From Anaerolineales bacterium (GTDB lineage: Bacteria > Chloroflexota > Anaerolineae > Anaerolineales > UBA11579): a DNA stretch of 64,000 nt. Below are positions 20,662-29,421 of this stretch, in pieces. Location: contig JAHCIJ010000002.1 of the NCBI GenBank assembly GCA_026129255.1, positions 785,087 through 849,086 on the forward strand, in the 5' to 3' direction. The position numbers and the translations under genes are program-made. The notes under the pieces are model-generated. The model did no database searches. It had not been told where the DNA came from and saw nothing but the letters and a program-made list of their open reading frames with translations. Numbering within the stretch: position 1 is the first letter of the stretch; every line of letters starts with the position of its first letter.

Positions 20662-21504
20662 ATGCCTTCCGGCACCTATGCTGACCGCATCCGAGACGCG
20701 CGCCCGCGCCTCTCCAAAAGCTTTCAGCGGCTCGCAGATTATATATTAAATTCCTACGTGCAGGCGGCTTTGCTCACCGCGTCTGAGCTCGCCCACGAGG
20801 TGAATGTGGACGCGGCCACCGTGGTGCGCTTTGCCCAGACGCTCAACTATTCCGGCTTCCCCGCACTGCAGGATGAGATCAAAGCCCGCGTGCTGCAGGA
20901 GCTCTTGTTGCAGCAGCAGGACGAGCCTAGTGCCGATACGCTGCGCGGTCTGGCAGACCGCGCCTACAAGAACTTGGGCGATGATATTGAGCGCACCCGC
21001 CGCATGATGGACGCCGCGCCGCTGGAGAGCCTACTGGCCGTGCTGGCCAAGGCCAAGCGTGTCTTCCTCGCCAGCGATGCCGCCGCCGCCCCCAGTGGGC
21101 GCGAGCTGCAGCGCCACCTGCGCGACGTGGGCATCCTGGCCCACGTCCTGCGCGCCGAAGAGCACGAGCTGGCCACGGCGCTGGCCGTGGCCGCCGAGGG
21201 TGACTTGCTGCTGGTGCTAGATGCATACAACACCACGCCACTGCTGGCGCAGGCCGTGGTGCAAGCCAAGGCAAGCGGCTTACAATCTGCGGTGGTGGTA
21301 GGCGCCGCCTCGTATGAGGCGGCGCGCAAAGCCGATATTGTGCTCGAGGTGCAGCGCCAGGAGGCTGAGCCTGCTGTGGGTGTTGTGCTGGCCGCGCTGG
21401 TGCACACCCTGGGGCAGGCGCTGCGCTGGCGTTTCCCCGAGCGTTACAAGGAAGTGCAAACCAAGACTGATAAAGTGCTGCGCCGCCTGGCGCGCATACC
21501 TTAG
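20662..21504 (+). CDS. RpiR/MurR-family transcriptional regulator (HTH_6 + SIS)
   Basis: N-terminal LSKSFQRLADYIL...TASELAHEVNVDAATVVRFAQTLNYSGFPALQ; C-terminal SIS-like domain. Confidence 0.85.
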   Translation: MPSGTYADRIRDARPRLSKSFQRLADYILNSYVQAALLTASELAHEVNVDAATVVRFAQTLNYSGFPALQDEIKARVLQELLLQQQDEPSADTLRGLADRAYKNLGDDIERTRRMMDAAPLESLLAVLAKAKRVFLASDAAAAPSGRELQRHLRDVGILAHVLRAEEHELATALAVAAEGDLLLVLDAYNTTPLLAQAVVQAKASGLQSAVVVGAASYEAARKADIVLEVQRQEAEPAVGVVLAALVHTLGQALRWRFPERYKEVQTKTDKVLRRLARIP

Positions 21505-21513
21505 AGGAGACAC

Positions 21514-22281
21514 ATGCGTATCATTCGTTACCAGGAACAAAGCGCGGCACGCTATGGCTGGGTGCTGGATGACAAGGCTGGCCCGATCGAGGGAGACCCG
21601 TATGGCGCGTTCCAGCGCGGCGAAGCCACCATCCCCCTGGCTGGGCTGACCCTGTTGCCGCCCGTAACCCCCAGCAAGATCGTGTGCGTGGGGCGCAACT
21701 ATGTGGCCCACGCCAAGGAACTGGGCAACGAGGTGCCCGAGGTGCCTATGCTGTTCCTCAAGCCGCCGTCTTCCGTGCTGGCGCCGGGCGGCACCATTGT
21801 GTTGCCGCCGCAGACCCAGCAGGTGGAGCACGAGGCCGAGCTGACCGTGGTGATCGGCAAGCGCGGCCGCTGGATCGAGCCGGACGATGTCAAAGACCAC
21901 ATCCTGGGCTACACCATCGCCAATGACATTACGGCGCGTGATTTGCAAAAGCGGGACGGGCAGTGGACACGTGGCAAGGGCTTCGACACCTTTTGCCCGT
22001 TCGGCCCGTGGGTGGAGACCGAGTTCGACCCGGCCGACGCGGTAGTGACCTGTACCGTGAATGGCGAACTGCGCCAAATGGGCTCCACGCGAGACATGAT
22101 CTTCTCTGTCCGCCAGCTGCTGGCCTACATCTCCTCGGTGATGACGTTGGAACCGGGGGACCTAGTGCTTACCGGCACGCCAGCGGGTGTTGGCCCGCTG
22201 AAAGAGGGCGACGAACTGGTCACCAGCATTGAAGGGCTGGGTGAGCTGCGCAACGCCGTGGCTGCTGAGCAGGTGCACTGA
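21514..22281 (+). CDS. Fumarylacetoacetate hydrolase (FAH) family protein
   Basis: KIVCVGRNYVAHAKELG, EHEAELTVVIGK, GYTIANDITARD and GDLVLTGTPAGVGP. Confidence 0.9.
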   Translation: MRIIRYQEQSAARYGWVLDDKAGPIEGDPYGAFQRGEATIPLAGLTLLPPVTPSKIVCVGRNYVAHAKELGNEVPEVPMLFLKPPSSVLAPGGTIVLPPQTQQVEHEAELTVVIGKRGRWIEPDDVKDHILGYTIANDITARDLQKRDGQWTRGKGFDTFCPFGPWVETEFDPADAVVTCTVNGELRQMGSTRDMIFSVRQLLAYISSVMTLEPGDLVLTGTPAGVGPLKEGDELVTSIEGLGELRNAVAAEQVH

Positions 22282-22294
22282 CCCATTAGCTGAA

Positions 22295-22332
22295 AACAAA
22301 AAAAGACGGCCCATGCGGGCCGTCTTTTTTTG
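22295..22332. terminator. Bidirectional terminator between convergent genes
   Basis: AAAAAAAGACGGCCC-ATGC-GGGCCGTCTTTTTTT. Confidence 0.85.
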
Positions 22333-22347
22333 TTGGTGCTGCAAGGC

Positions 22348-22518
22348 TTAGAAGCCCTTGAGGGCGTTGCCCGCGGCCAGAAGCGCCCAGCCAGCGATAG
22401 CCAGCCAGGTGGCGAAGGGAGCGATAGCGCCAACGACGCCGAGCGCGCCCAGCAAAGCAACAACAGCCAAAACGAGTGCAGCCCAGAATACCCATTTCTT
22501 GGGAGGGGTGAGTTTCAT
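22348..22518 (-). CDS. Small (56 aa) two-TM membrane protein; not in the supplied ORF track (below its length cut-off)
   Basis: My translation is MKLTPPKKWVFWAALVLAVVALLGALGVVGAIAPFATWLAIAGWALLAAGNALKGF*. The ATG is at 22518-22516 with AGGAGA upstream, and a terminator follows immediately downstream. Confidence 0.45.
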   Translation of the reverse strand: MKLTPPKKWVFWAALVLAVVALLGALGVVGAIAPFATWLAIAGWALLAAGNALKGF

Positions 22519-22583
22519 AAGATAAGTGGTCTCCTTTCTTCTAGTCTCTGCAATTATGAGCAGGTGATTAAATGCTACTATAA

Positions 22584-22625
22584 AAAAAAAGACCGCACAA
22601 GCATATATGCGGCCTTTTTTGTTGG
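22584..22625 (-). terminator. Terminator after the yegP-like gene
   Basis: On the minus strand: GGCCGCA-loop-TGCGGTC followed by T9. Confidence 0.6.
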
Positions 22626-22659
22626 AAGTTTTGGGGATTTATACCGCGGTTGAGGCGGT

Positions 22660-22995
22660 CTACTTGCTTCTGTCTTCGATCTCAGCACCTGCGGCCACGC
22701 GCTGCACGGCCTGAATGCCGTTTTTGCGGGCGGCAGTCGAGCTGTACATCTCGCTGGTGCCGATGACGCGGTTGTTGGCGGCGCGCAGGTTGAAGTAGTG
22801 CTGGCCGTTCTTGGCTTTCTTTTCCTGATAGTTGGCCGTGTCACCGGCGTGCTTCATCACAGACTTGATGCCGCGCTTGGCACTGTCTTTGGTGTTGTAG
22901 CGCTCGCTGTGCAAAATAGGCTCGCTATTCGTGCTGAGAAGATTGAAGCGGAAACCGCCTTTGCCTTTTTCGATCACAAACTTTGCTTTTGCCAT
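22660..22995 (-). CDS. YegP-family (tandem DUF1508) protein
   Basis: Two repeats of the F.L.A.N...I..SE.Y.....A..GI..V pattern: KFVIEKGKGGFRFNLLSTNSEPILHSERYNTK and QHYFNLRAANNRVIGTSEMYSS. Confidence 0.8.
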   Translation of the reverse strand: MAKAKFVIEKGKGGFRFNLLSTNSEPILHSERYNTKDSAKRGIKSVMKHAGDTANYQEKKAKNGQHYFNLRAANNRVIGTSEMYSSTAARKNGIQAVQRVAAGAEIEDRSK

Positions 22996-23084
22996 GGGTA
23001 TCTCTCCTCAAAGGGCGTTGGAAATTTCGCAAGGCAGTTCTTGTTTTGTCTTGCATAGGCATTGTACATTCATCACCCTTAAAA

Positions 23085-23125
23085 AGAAAGAGGCGACCTG
23101 TGCTTTGCACAAGGCCGCCTCTTTG
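23085..23125 (-). terminator. Terminator after the 23144-24316 gene
   Basis: GAGGCGACCTGTGC-TTT-GCACAAGGCCGCCTC with a T-run on the minus strand. The stem sequence is nearly the same as the valS terminator at 49663. Confidence 0.65.
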
Positions 23126-23143
23126 CTGTTTGCGGTAGGGTGC

Positions 23144-24316
23144 TTACTTGTTGCTGATACGTGGCACGAACCAAAAGCCGTTGGCCTGTGCGAAGTCTGA
23201 GTTGTTGGGCTCAACCTTGAGTACGAAGCGCACTGTCTTGCCCGCCAGGCTGGAGAGGTCGATGTTCACATCCTTGGCCAAGCCTTCCAGTTTCTCGTTC
23301 CAGGTGCCCAGCACCGTCTCGTTGCCGTTCAGGATATAGCTAAAAGTGAACTGCAGGTGGCAGTTGGGGTTGTTCTTGAGGCAGCCCACCTGACTGATGA
23401 AGCGGTCGCCATTTTGCACGGTGAACTCTGGGTACACGCCACGGATGAAGCCATTGTTGGCGTGGTTGGGGCGCGGCCAGATGGCGGGCTCGTCTTCGTT
23501 GCGGGTCTCGAGCTCAGGGTTCTGCAGCACGATAACAAAGCCCTGCGTGCCAGAGTTGGCGCCGGGGCAGGGCAGGCTACCCGCCGCACCGCTGGACCAG
23601 CTGGCCGAGCAGTAATTGGCGGCAAAGTCATAGCGGATGCCACTGGTGGGCACACCCACGCGGATCAGAGCGAAGAAGGGCACTCCGGCGCTGTTGGCAT
23701 TGCCGTTGACGCCGAAGGTGGAGCCATTGCTAGTCTTGATCATCCAGCTGCTACGGAAGGTGCCGTCACTGTTGGGAGCGGTCATGGGGATGGAAATATC
23801 CACCGTTTCGCCCGGCTTGACTTCTTTGGGGATGTCCAGGCTGCTGGTGCTGGCCAGGTTGGTGCCAGAGGTGTAGACGATGTCAAAGTCAGCAGACCAG
23901 GTGCAAGTGCCGCTGTTACGGATGCGCCAGGTCTTGGTGAAGCTCTGGCCCTTGCTCATCTGCGTGTTGTCAGGAATAGTAATGTCCGCCACGAAGTAGG
24001 CCTGGTAGCAGCCGGTGGCTGGTACCGAGGTGGCCACGATGCTGGTGGGCACCGGCGTATTGGTGGCTGCTGGCTGGTCAGGCGTGTTCGTGGGCGTAGC
24101 TGTGACCACGAAGGGGGTCTGGGTAGGCGCCTCCGTGGCAGCGGCTTCCGGTTGGCCCTGGCCCTGGGCGACCAGCGTACCGGCCACCTGGGTGTACAGC
24201 GCGTTGAGGTCTAGGGTGGGGGCATGGCTTTCCGGCGCGGGGGCACGGCAGGCGGCGAGCAGCAGGCTTGCCAGCAGCAGGCCAAGGATGCGCAGGTGGG
24301 TGATTCTTTTGGACAT
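23144..24316 (-). CDS. Secreted lipoprotein with an NBR1-like Ig-fold domain
   Basis: Lipobox LLLASLLLAAC, a Pro/Thr linker, and GQSFTKTWRIRNSGTCTW..DFDIVYTSG, which is typical of NBR1-like domains. Confidence 0.6.
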   Translation of the reverse strand: MSKRITHLRILGLLLASLLLAACRAPAPESHAPTLDLNALYTQVAGTLVAQGQGQPEAAATEAPTQTPFVVTATPTNTPDQPAATNTPVPTSIVATSVPATGCYQAYFVADITIPDNTQMSKGQSFTKTWRIRNSGTCTWSADFDIVYTSGTNLASTSSLDIPKEVKPGETVDISIPMTAPNSDGTFRSSWMIKTSNGSTFGVNGNANSAGVPFFALIRVGVPTSGIRYDFAANYCSASWSSGAAGSLPCPGANSGTQGFVIVLQNPELETRNEDEPAIWPRPNHANNGFIRGVYPEFTVQNGDRFISQVGCLKNNPNCHLQFTFSYILNGNETVLGTWNEKLEGLAKDVNIDLSSLAGKTVRFVLKVEPNNSDFAQANGFWFVPRISNK

Positions 24317-24452
24317 AGTCGGTTCTCCCTAAATAGTAAATGCGCTAACTGATTGTAGCACCCAGAGGCTATTGCTATAACGGTCTTGAGGGGCGAATAG
24401 TTCCTGCTGTTTACTGTGCCTTAGGCTGCGGCGAAGCCGCAGCCTAAGAATC

Positions 24453-24487
24453 AAAAAAAGGCCGTCTTATACAGACGGTCCTTTTTT
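24453..24487 (-). terminator. Terminator just 3' of tRNA-Pro
   Basis: On the minus strand: GGACCGTCTG-TATA-AGACGGCC followed by T7. Confidence 0.65.
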
Positions 24488-24488
24488 A

Positions 24489-24563
<75 letters not shown>

Positions 24564-24685
24564 AACAAGGCGAGATTATAGCGTAGATTTGCTTAGCAAG
24601 TTGTCTATCTTTTTACATTGAAATTGTGTATATATATCAATTAGTATGCTGTGCTTTGGCAATATGATTCTTACTAGGGGGAATT

Positions 24686-25744
24686 GTGACCCAGAATGAG
24701 ACTGATTGGCGAGCAGTTGACTTCTTTTGCGGCGCAGGCGGATTAACTAGCGGTCTGATTGCGGCTGGTATACAAGTCTTAGCCGGAATCGATGTCGATG
24801 CCTCTTGTCAAGAAACGTACGAAGCTAACAATAGCGGGGCGGTCTTTTTGGAGCGAGATTTATCTTCTTATGCGCCTGTACAATTAGAGTCTGATCTGCG
24901 ATTACACAGAAGAGATGATAGGCTCATATTTGCGGGATGTGCACCCTGTCAATTTTGGAGTCTAATTCGAACTAATCGTGAGAAATCTGAAAAGACAAAG
25001 AACTTAATCCTAGAGTTTCAAAAATTTGTCGAATATTTTGAGCCTGGCTATGTTGTTGTCGAGAACGTGCCGGGAATTTCTTCCAAACCAGATAGCCCAA
25101 TGAGCAAGTTCATTGGGGCACTTGAGGGTTTTGGGTATGACGTGGCAAGCGGCACTACAGATATGTCTTTGTATGGTGTACCCCAAAGGCGAAGGCGGTT
25201 TACTTTGCTAGCCTCTCGTGTGTCTAGTGCCTCGTTGCCACTTCCTCGGGGCGGATCAAGAACTGTACGGGATGTGCTCGGGGTTGAAAATGGCTTCGGC
25301 CCATTGGAGCCTGGGGCGATCGACGAAAGTGACCCGCTTCATTCAGCTGCCGGACTTAGCAAGCTTAATCAAGAGCGCTTAAAAATGACACCTAAAGACG
25401 GGGGAGACCGCTCAACTTGGCAGAATCGGCCAGGTTATCAATTGGCTTGCTATAGCACTGAAGAGAAGAAATTCTATGACACATATGGTCGCATGTGGTG
25501 GGATCGTCAATCTCCAACAATAACTACTAAATTCTTTAGCATAAGTAATGGCCGGTTTGCACATCCCGAAGAGGATAGGGCAATATCTTTAAGAGAGGGA
25601 GCTGCTTTGCAGACCTTTTCAAGAGACTATAAGTTTTTTGGCAATGGCATGGCCTCTATAGCAAGAATGATTGGGAATGCAGTTCCGCCAGATTTCGCAA
25701 AAATTATTGGCGAGCATATCAAATCTTTAGCTGAGGATGAGTGA
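24686..25744 (+). CDS. DNA (cytosine-5)-methyltransferase
   Basis: Motif I FFCGAGG, motif IV GCAPCQFWS (PC catalytic Cys), motif VI VVENVPG, motif VIII QRRRRF, motif X GNAVPP. GTG start preceded by AGGGGG. AT-rich codon usage. Confidence 0.92.
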   Translation: MTQNETDWRAVDFFCGAGGLTSGLIAAGIQVLAGIDVDASCQETYEANNSGAVFLERDLSSYAPVQLESDLRLHRRDDRLIFAGCAPCQFWSLIRTNREKSEKTKNLILEFQKFVEYFEPGYVVVENVPGISSKPDSPMSKFIGALEGFGYDVASGTTDMSLYGVPQRRRRFTLLASRVSSASLPLPRGGSRTVRDVLGVENGFGPLEPGAIDESDPLHSAAGLSKLNQERLKMTPKDGGDRSTWQNRPGYQLACYSTEEKKFYDTYGRMWWDRQSPTITTKFFSISNGRFAHPEEDRAISLREGAALQTFSRDYKFFGNGMASIARMIGNAVPPDFAKIIGEHIKSLAEDE

Positions 25745-27408
25745 TTATGACTGGGCGGGAACTTCGAATGACTTTTGATCCGAACACAATTGAGCACTTA
25801 GGCGTCCGAATGTATTCAACTCTTCCCCCAGTGCTGGCAGAGCTCATTGGGAATTCTTATGATGCTGATGCTAAAAGAGTAGATCTGATTCTAGATGACT
25901 CGGGTGCAGAAAAAGAGATTGTCATCATAGATAATGGCAGTGGAATGTCCTTTGATGACATTAATGCAAAGTTTCTGCGGATTGGGAGGAATCGTAGAGA
26001 AATAGAGGGTTCGGAAATAACTGTCGGTGGAAGGAAGGTTATTGGGAAAAAGGGACTGGGAAAACTCGCATTCTTTGGTATTGCCCATGAAATAGAGATT
26101 TCTACAAGAAAAGATGGCAAAGAGAATTCATTCATAATGAGATGGGAAGACATAAAGAATTCGGGAAGTGACTACAAGCCGCATCCTATCAATCAAGACG
26201 TGCCATGTTCCCCTGAAGAGCATGGCACGCGTATCACACTAAGGCGAATACAAAGAAAGACGGATTTCCATGCAAAAGATTTAGCCAGTAGTTTAGCAAA
26301 GATGTTTATATTGGACTCTGATTTTGAAATCCATGTAAGTCACAATGGATCTGAAGCAATTGCCGTGACAAACGAACTGCGTTACACGGCCTTAGAAAAG
26401 GAAATTGAGTGGGATATCCCCAAGGATGTTACTTTCCCTAGCGAGTACTCTAAGGCGGACCAAATAACCGGCCATTTGATGACAACGAAAAAACCTATCC
26501 CTCCGCATACTAATATGCGCGGTGTAGTGCTATTTTCAAGAAAAAAATTGGTGAACTTGCCAGAATATTTCTCAGATAGTACATCAAGTCACTTTTTTTC
26601 TTATTTGACTGGGTGGCTCGAGGTTAACTTTATTGACGAGCTAGAGGATGATGTTATTGCAACTAATCGGCAGTCATTGAATTGGGGCCATGAAGACATG
26701 CAAGAACTCCGCCGATATCTTAGAACAATGATGAATACATTGGAGCGAGATTGGCGCAAGAAGAGAACCGAAGCGCGAGAAAGGGAATTGACAAAAGTTA
26801 CCGGGATTGATGTGCCGAACTGGTTCAGTAAATTGCCGCCTGACATTCGAGCTAATGTGGAGCCCTTAGTTTCGGCAATTGTTAGGGACTCAGAACTATC
26901 GGCTGAAACACATCAAGCGGCTATTAGAAGGATTTACAGCATTGTTCCAGAGTATCCAAAATACCACTGGAGGCATTTGCATGAGGAAATCAAATCTGCA
27001 TCTCAAACGGACTATCAGAGGGGAGATTACTACCGAGCGTTTCAAGAAGCTGTTAAAAGATATATCAGTGGTGTGAAAGAGAGATCTGAGAGTACAAACC
27101 GTAGTGATGTTTCAATGATGGGTGAAGTATTTGGAAATGGTCAGGCAGGATCAACTTCTATATGGGTGGGGCGCGGCTATACAAAGCCAAGCGGAAGTGC
27201 TTTTGCTGCTACAACTATAGAAAATATCGAGGAAGGCCAGAAACACCTTTCAATGGGTGTAGTCTCGGGTTGTAGGAATCCTGTTAGCCACGAAGAAATC
27301 TCTGATTTAAGAGACTCTGGCTTGTTTACTGAAAAAGACTGCCTTGATGCTTTGAGCCTGCTTTCACATCTTTTTTCTCGCCTAGATAACTTCCAGAAAG
27401 CTAGCTGA
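25741..27408 (+). CDS. GHKL (MORC/MutL-like, HATPase_c_3-type) ATPase fused to a C-terminal TIGR02391/Ymh-like HEPN domain (Rx4H)
   Basis: N-box ELIGNSYDAD, G1 IIDNGSGM, G2 GKKGLGKLAFFG, and C-terminal GCRNPVSHEE (R512..H517; AGG at 27274, CAC at 27289). The start overlaps the methyltransferase stop (GTGA). Confidence 0.8.
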   Translation: MIMTGRELRMTFDPNTIEHLGVRMYSTLPPVLAELIGNSYDADAKRVDLILDDSGAEKEIVIIDNGSGMSFDDINAKFLRIGRNRREIEGSEITVGGRKVIGKKGLGKLAFFGIAHEIEISTRKDGKENSFIMRWEDIKNSGSDYKPHPINQDVPCSPEEHGTRITLRRIQRKTDFHAKDLASSLAKMFILDSDFEIHVSHNGSEAIAVTNELRYTALEKEIEWDIPKDVTFPSEYSKADQITGHLMTTKKPIPPHTNMRGVVLFSRKKLVNLPEYFSDSTSSHFFSYLTGWLEVNFIDELEDDVIATNRQSLNWGHEDMQELRRYLRTMMNTLERDWRKKRTEARERELTKVTGIDVPNWFSKLPPDIRANVEPLVSAIVRDSELSAETHQAAIRRIYSIVPEYPKYHWRHLHEEIKSASQTDYQRGDYYRAFQEAVKRYISGVKERSESTNRSDVSMMGEVFGNGQAGSTSIWVGRGYTKPSGSAFAATTIENIEEGQKHLSMGVVSGCRNPVSHEEISDLRDSGLFTEKDCLDALSLLSHLFSRLDNFQKAS

Positions 27409-27416
27409 AACAATCC

Positions 27417-27773
27417 TTAGAAGATGCCCCAGTCAGCGCCGGCGCCTTCTTCCATGTAAGTAAGATCCCACAGTTCGGTGCCCATCATGATGGTGGTATC
27501 GCGCTGCAGCGCATCGGCGGCCTTTTTGCGCGTCATCTCCAGCAGGGCGGGAGCATACGGGCAGAAGGGCGTGGTCATGATCATGATGACTTTGCCCTTG
27601 TCGTCTTCGAGGGCGACGTTGCGTACCAGGCCGAGTTCAAGCACGTTGAGGCCGATCTCTGGGTCTACAACTTCGCGCAGGGCAGCTTCCACCGAGGGAA
27701 CAAGGTCAGGGTGGGTGCTTTCGAGCTCCCATATGGCTTGTTTGGCGGGGTCTTGTGAAACTACTGGGCTCAT
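27417..27773 (-). CDS. sufT: DUF59/MIP18-family Fe-S assembly protein (SufT-like)
   Basis: VVDPEIGLNVLELGLV and TTPFCPYAP motifs. The start is trimmed to ATG 27773 to avoid overlapping sufR. Confidence 0.8.
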   Translation of the reverse strand: MSPVVSQDPAKQAIWELESTHPDLVPSVEAALREVVDPEIGLNVLELGLVRNVALEDDKGKVIMIMTTPFCPYAPALLEMTRKKAADALQRDTTIMMGTELWDLTYMEEGAGADWGIF

Positions 27774-27789
27774 GCGGTGTGACTCCGTT

Positions 27790-28431
27790 CTAGCTGGTGA
27801 CGGATTGCTTGATGGCATCCATCGAGATAGTGTAGGTGCAATGGTTGTCGCCGCTCAGCAGGCAGCTGGTGCGCTGCGGGTCGGCGGAGAGGGCCTTGGC
27901 GATCAGGGCTTTATCAATGCTGCATACTTCGCCATGGTTTTGGCCTACATAGAAGTAGGGGCAGCTGGTTTCTTTGATGATGAGTTCTTTTTCATTGCGC
28001 TGCACCTGCACGCTGAAGCCCTCTTTGGTGAGCCAGTTCTTGAGCAGCTTGAGGCGCTCGTCCAGGCCCATTTGGTCCAGGTCGCCCGTGGCGGCCAGGT
28101 CCTCGGCGGCAGAGGCGCCCATGCTGCTCATCAGGCGGGCAAACTGCTCGCCGGGCAGCGTTTCTTTGAGCTCATCCAGCAGGCGGTTGGTGAAGCGAAT
28201 AGTGCGGCCGGGGAAGTGTTCCATGCCAGCCTCGGTGAGGAAGTAGACACGGCGTGGGCGGCCGACACCGTGGCGCTCCTCGCTGGAGACGACCAGGGCT
28301 TCTTTTTCAAGGCGCGCAATGTGATGGCGCACGGAAATGGGGCTGATCTTGACGGCTTTAGCCAGCTCGTTGATCGTGCTGCGCTGATGGTTGAGCAAAT
28401 ATTTGAGAACTGCGTTGCGTGTGCTGCCCAT
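27790..28431 (-). CDS. sufR: SufR-like Fe-S cluster-sensing transcriptional regulator (ArsR-type wHTH + C-terminal Cys motif)
   Basis: N-terminal wHTH (STINELAKAVKISPISVRHHIARLEKEALV) and C-terminal CPYFY...CSID...C..SGDNHC cysteines; adjacent to suf genes. Confidence 0.8.
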   Translation of the reverse strand: MGSTRNAVLKYLLNHQRSTINELAKAVKISPISVRHHIARLEKEALVVSSEERHGVGRPRRVYFLTEAGMEHFPGRTIRFTNRLLDELKETLPGEQFARLMSSMGASAAEDLAATGDLDQMGLDERLKLLKNWLTKEGFSVQVQRNEKELIIKETSCPYFYVGQNHGEVCSIDKALIAKALSADPQRTSCLLSGDNHCTYTISMDAIKQSVTS

Positions 28432-28465
28432 TACGCTGGCAGTATATCACCCGCCTATCGCGCCG

Positions 28466-28497
28466 TCAATATTTTATATTTTCCTCATAAAAATCAA
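28466..28497. promoter_or_regulatory. Candidate SufR operator, copy 1 (sufR promoter region)
   Basis: TCAATATTTTATATTTTCCTCATAAAAATCAA shares TCAATATTTTA-N-ATTTTCCTCATAAA with the site at 31039. Confidence 0.5.
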
Positions 28498-28504
28498 AGA
28501 GCAA

Positions 28505-28585
28505 GTGAGCAGGGAGCAGTGATTGGTGATCAGGAGAGCTGAGATTGGAGATTTCCTGATTACTGTTCACTAATCACTGCTCACT
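28505..28585. repeat. Inverted heptamer arrays (GTGAGCA/GTGATTG... versus ...TGTTCAC TAATCAC TGCTCAC)
   Basis: 7-nt register: GTGAGCA GGGAGCA GTGATTG GTGATCA GGAGAGC TGAGATT GGAGATT | TCCTGAT TACTGTT CACTAAT CACTGCT CAC. Confidence 0.85.
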
Positions 28586-29060
28586 TTTTAAGGACACACA
28601 GCGCCTGGCGAATCTCGCCCAGGTGATAGGCGGAGTGGACAATGATGGTCAGCGCGCCGCCGATGGTGTCCTGGTTCCACATGGGGTTGTTGGCGAACAG
28701 GTTCTGCATGCGCTCATAGGTGGCGCGCAGCTTAGCCTTGGCGGCTTCCCATTCCTCAGGCGTCACCTTCTCCACGGTGCGCCACACGTGGCCCCAATCG
28801 GGCGGCGTGTCGTCACCCTGCAGGGCGTAGCGCTCAAAGTTCTCGATGTAGAAGATGACGTGCTCCACCTGGGCAGCCAGCGAGGCGCATTTGCCGCCAA
28901 CCGGGATCGAGGCTTCCTCGGCGGTGATGGTGTCCAGGGTCTGGAGCATGGAGGTGTCTTTGTCCATATAGATGCCCTGCGTGGAGTTGAAGGTCTCTTC
29001 CAGAAATGCCAGGAGCATGTTGCTAACTTCCTGTGGCTGAATGGCTACTGTGGCGTTCAT
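28581..29060 (-). CDS. DinB-family (four-helix bundle) protein
   Basis: 159 aa with a C-terminal HSAYHLGEIRQ motif. Confidence 0.7.
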   Translation of the reverse strand: MNATVAIQPQEVSNMLLAFLEETFNSTQGIYMDKDTSMLQTLDTITAEEASIPVGGKCASLAAQVEHVIFYIENFERYALQGDDTPPDWGHVWRTVEKVTPEEWEAAKAKLRATYERMQNLFANNPMWNQDTIGGALTIIVHSAYHLGEIRQALCVLKK

Positions 29061-29263
29061 GGTTCCTCCGTAAAAGTTTTAATCATCATGAGGAGTGGGG
29101 GCTGGGTCGTTAAAAGCTTCCTCTGACGTGACATACATGAATTTACCGCGTTTTTGTTGGAGCCGGTAAGTTTAGGAAATTTGTCAAGGGAGTGCTTTGG
29201 GATGGGTTTCGCTAATGGAACATTGAGTCCGCGCCCGTTTGGTGAAATCTGTCGGGGGGTCGC

Positions 29264-29405
29264 GTAGGGCGTAGCATGCTACGCTGTGAAGCAGCGTACG
29301 CCCCTACGGGAAGCTCGGGGTTATTCTTCACCTGTTGGGGAGGAAGCCAATTTAACATTATTGGCAACCAGCCAACGAGGATCCCTCGCTGCGCTCGGAA
29401 TGCAC
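29264..29405. repeat. Cluster of short palindromic repeat modules (GTAGGGCG...CGCCCCTAC hairpin; GGATCCCTCGCTGCGCTCGGAATG module)
   Basis: The same modules recur at 38340-38375, 50331-50354, 51736-51760 and 51922-51990. Confidence 0.7.
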
Positions 29406-29421
29406 AGAATTTGCTCACCCG

